The notes beneath the pieces were generated by a model, which worked only from the letters and a program-made list of their open reading frames with translations, did not search any database and was not told the DNA's origin. A stretch of 64,000 bases of DNA from Camelus dromedarius (lineage: Eukaryota): contig NC_087447.1 of the NCBI RefSeq assembly GCF_036321535.1, positions 36,334,001 through 36,398,000 of the forward strand. Direction: 5' to 3'. Positions within the stretch are counted from its first letter, which is position 1. Every line of letters begins with the position of its first letter. The position numbers were made by a program, and so were the translations under genes. Below are positions 62,260 to 64,000 of this stretch, in pieces.

Positions 62260-63415
62260 GGGAGAGATCAAGATGGTGGAATCGAAGCGTATGGAGCTCA
62301 CCTCCTCCCACAAATACATTAAAAATACATTTACATGTGGAACAACCCTCACAGAATACCTATTGAACATTGGCAGATCTCAAAAATTCAAATCTGCAAG
62401 AAAGATCACCACATAACCAGGTAGGACAAAAGAGGGAAAAAAACCCCAGGAAATTGGGGTAGGACCTACACCCGTGGGAGGAGGCTTTGAAAAAAAAAAT
62501 CCTCACCCTGGGAATACCCTTCACTGGCTGGGAGATCAACTGGGACAGATAGGGAGCTCCCGAGGCTCAGAGGAGAGTGTAACAGCTGGCTCATGACAGG
62601 CAGAATAGAGACCAGCACAGATGGTCCTGGCTACCCTGCTGCACTCCCCAGGCCAAGATGTGTGACTGCTGGTGGGCATGGGAGCTGCCATCCGGCTTTA
62701 GCCAACAGATCCAGGGAGGGGACTGGGATTTGCTGTGTGGAGACAGCTCGAAGGGACTAAAGTGTGTTTCAGGCTACTACTGAGTGGGTACACAGGATGG
62801 AGCCTGGATCCACGATATAGCCCTACTGTTGACGCATGTGCAAAAAAGGGAGGGGCAGGTCCCCGCCATAGCAGCCGCTTTCTCACAGCATGCGGAGCTC
62901 TGCCTCTATGACATCTGGGAGTGCACAAGCACTGGCGGGGTGCCCATACAGAGGCGGGGCTGAAATCTGAGCCAATCCCCAGAGGCCATGTGACTTCAGA
63001 AGGAAAGTGGGCTGAAATCCAAGCTGTGTCCCAGGGGCTGTATAAATTTGGTGGAGTTACGACACTTGTGGCTTTGTAAACTCAATGCTTGTGGGACATC
63101 CAAGCGATTTTACTGGTGCTCCTGTGGCTGGGGCAGATCTGGTGTGAGCAGAGACCAGTGTGTGGGCTGATTCCATGGCTTCCACAGCGAGTCCAGATGT
63201 GTGACTATAGCAGGTGCCAGTGACTGACTTCAGCGGATTTGTGTGGTGAGTTTGTGTGCACAGCACGAGGGACATCTGGGCTAATGCCTTGAATTCCCAT
63301 GGCCAAGGCAGTGCCAATGACACTGTACTTTGTATGCACACAGGTGAGGCAATGTCACATAGTGCACGTCCTAGCAGACAGCTCCTACAGAAGGATACTC
63401 AGTGGCTCCTCTCCT
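62260..63415 (+). mobile_element. LINE-1 5' UTR-only fragment in a C11orf58 intron (antisense)
   Basis: Starts GGGAGAGATCAAGATGG...GAGCTCACCTCCTCCCAC, similar to the 49972 element's 5' end; GC-rich island in an AT-rich intron; no ORF1 follows. Confidence 0.8.
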
Positions 63416-63429
63416 CTCCTTCCTTTGCA

Positions 63430-63755
63430 TAGGACTTAACATCTTACATGATCTCTCCCTATCCTGAACCCCACTGTTCTAGTCTGGCTAACTCTTTATC
63501 CTTTCAGATTCAGATCAGTTCTATTTACGGGAAGCTTTCTTGTGCTGCTAAGCCAAGGTTGGCTACCCCGTCTTAATTTCACAGCACTATGTGCGTAACT
63601 CTCTCATAGCAATTGTAATTCTATATTGCTATTATCTGGTTTCTTTCATCACATAATGGCTCTAAACATGTTATTGAAATCTATGTGACCCCCCATGACC
63701 TACTATATTGCCTGGCATGTAGTAGATAGTCAATAATTATTGGTAAAATGCATGA
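63430..63755 (+). mobile_element. L2 3' fragment. Others at ~40340-40510 and 61790-62050
   Basis: GCCTGGCATGTAGTAGATAGTCAATAA L2 tail. Confidence 0.55.
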
Positions 63756-64000
63756 AGCATTCCCCTATGAACAGCAAAAACAAAGTGCAAAATTTCATCC
63801 CAAAATGCTTAAAACAGAAAAAGTCTTCCTATTTCTCCCAGATTAGGTTTGCAGAAAGACTACTGGGACAATGGTAGGAAAATAAATTTACTTGCTTACA
63901 AAAAAAATGAATGTTTAGAAATCACTGTACTTCCATGTAAAAATGAACTGCTAGGAACAAGTTTTTTCTCAGTAGATGTTTTCCTGGCACCTATACTTTA

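Overview
Mammalian genomic DNA, probably a cetartiodactyl and possibly a camelid (inferred from the repeats). It holds the 3' half of PLEKHA7 on the + strand (coding exons 14..35388, poly(A) signals ~27104 and ~36712/36755) and, converging on it, the last three exons of C11orf58/SMAP on the - strand (61751..59033). PLEKHA7 has two in-frame cassette exons resembling PLEKHA5 segments and three possible C-termini (-GSVC, -YTFV, -AVTDP). The intergenic region is repeat-rich and includes a full-length dead LINE-1 with a target-site duplication (49972..56815). Main finding: five repeat-free islands between ~57060 and ~45690 translate on the - strand into co-linear, decayed motifs of a negative-strand RNA virus (Mononegavirales-type) L polymerase. 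They cover pre-A, motifs A-E and the downstream LGG/R-DP and DPxxLNI blocks. This looks like an ancient endogenous viral element split by L1, L2/MIR, an old L1 with L2, and MER20. All protein comparisons were made by eye against sequences recalled from memory. No alignment or database search was run.
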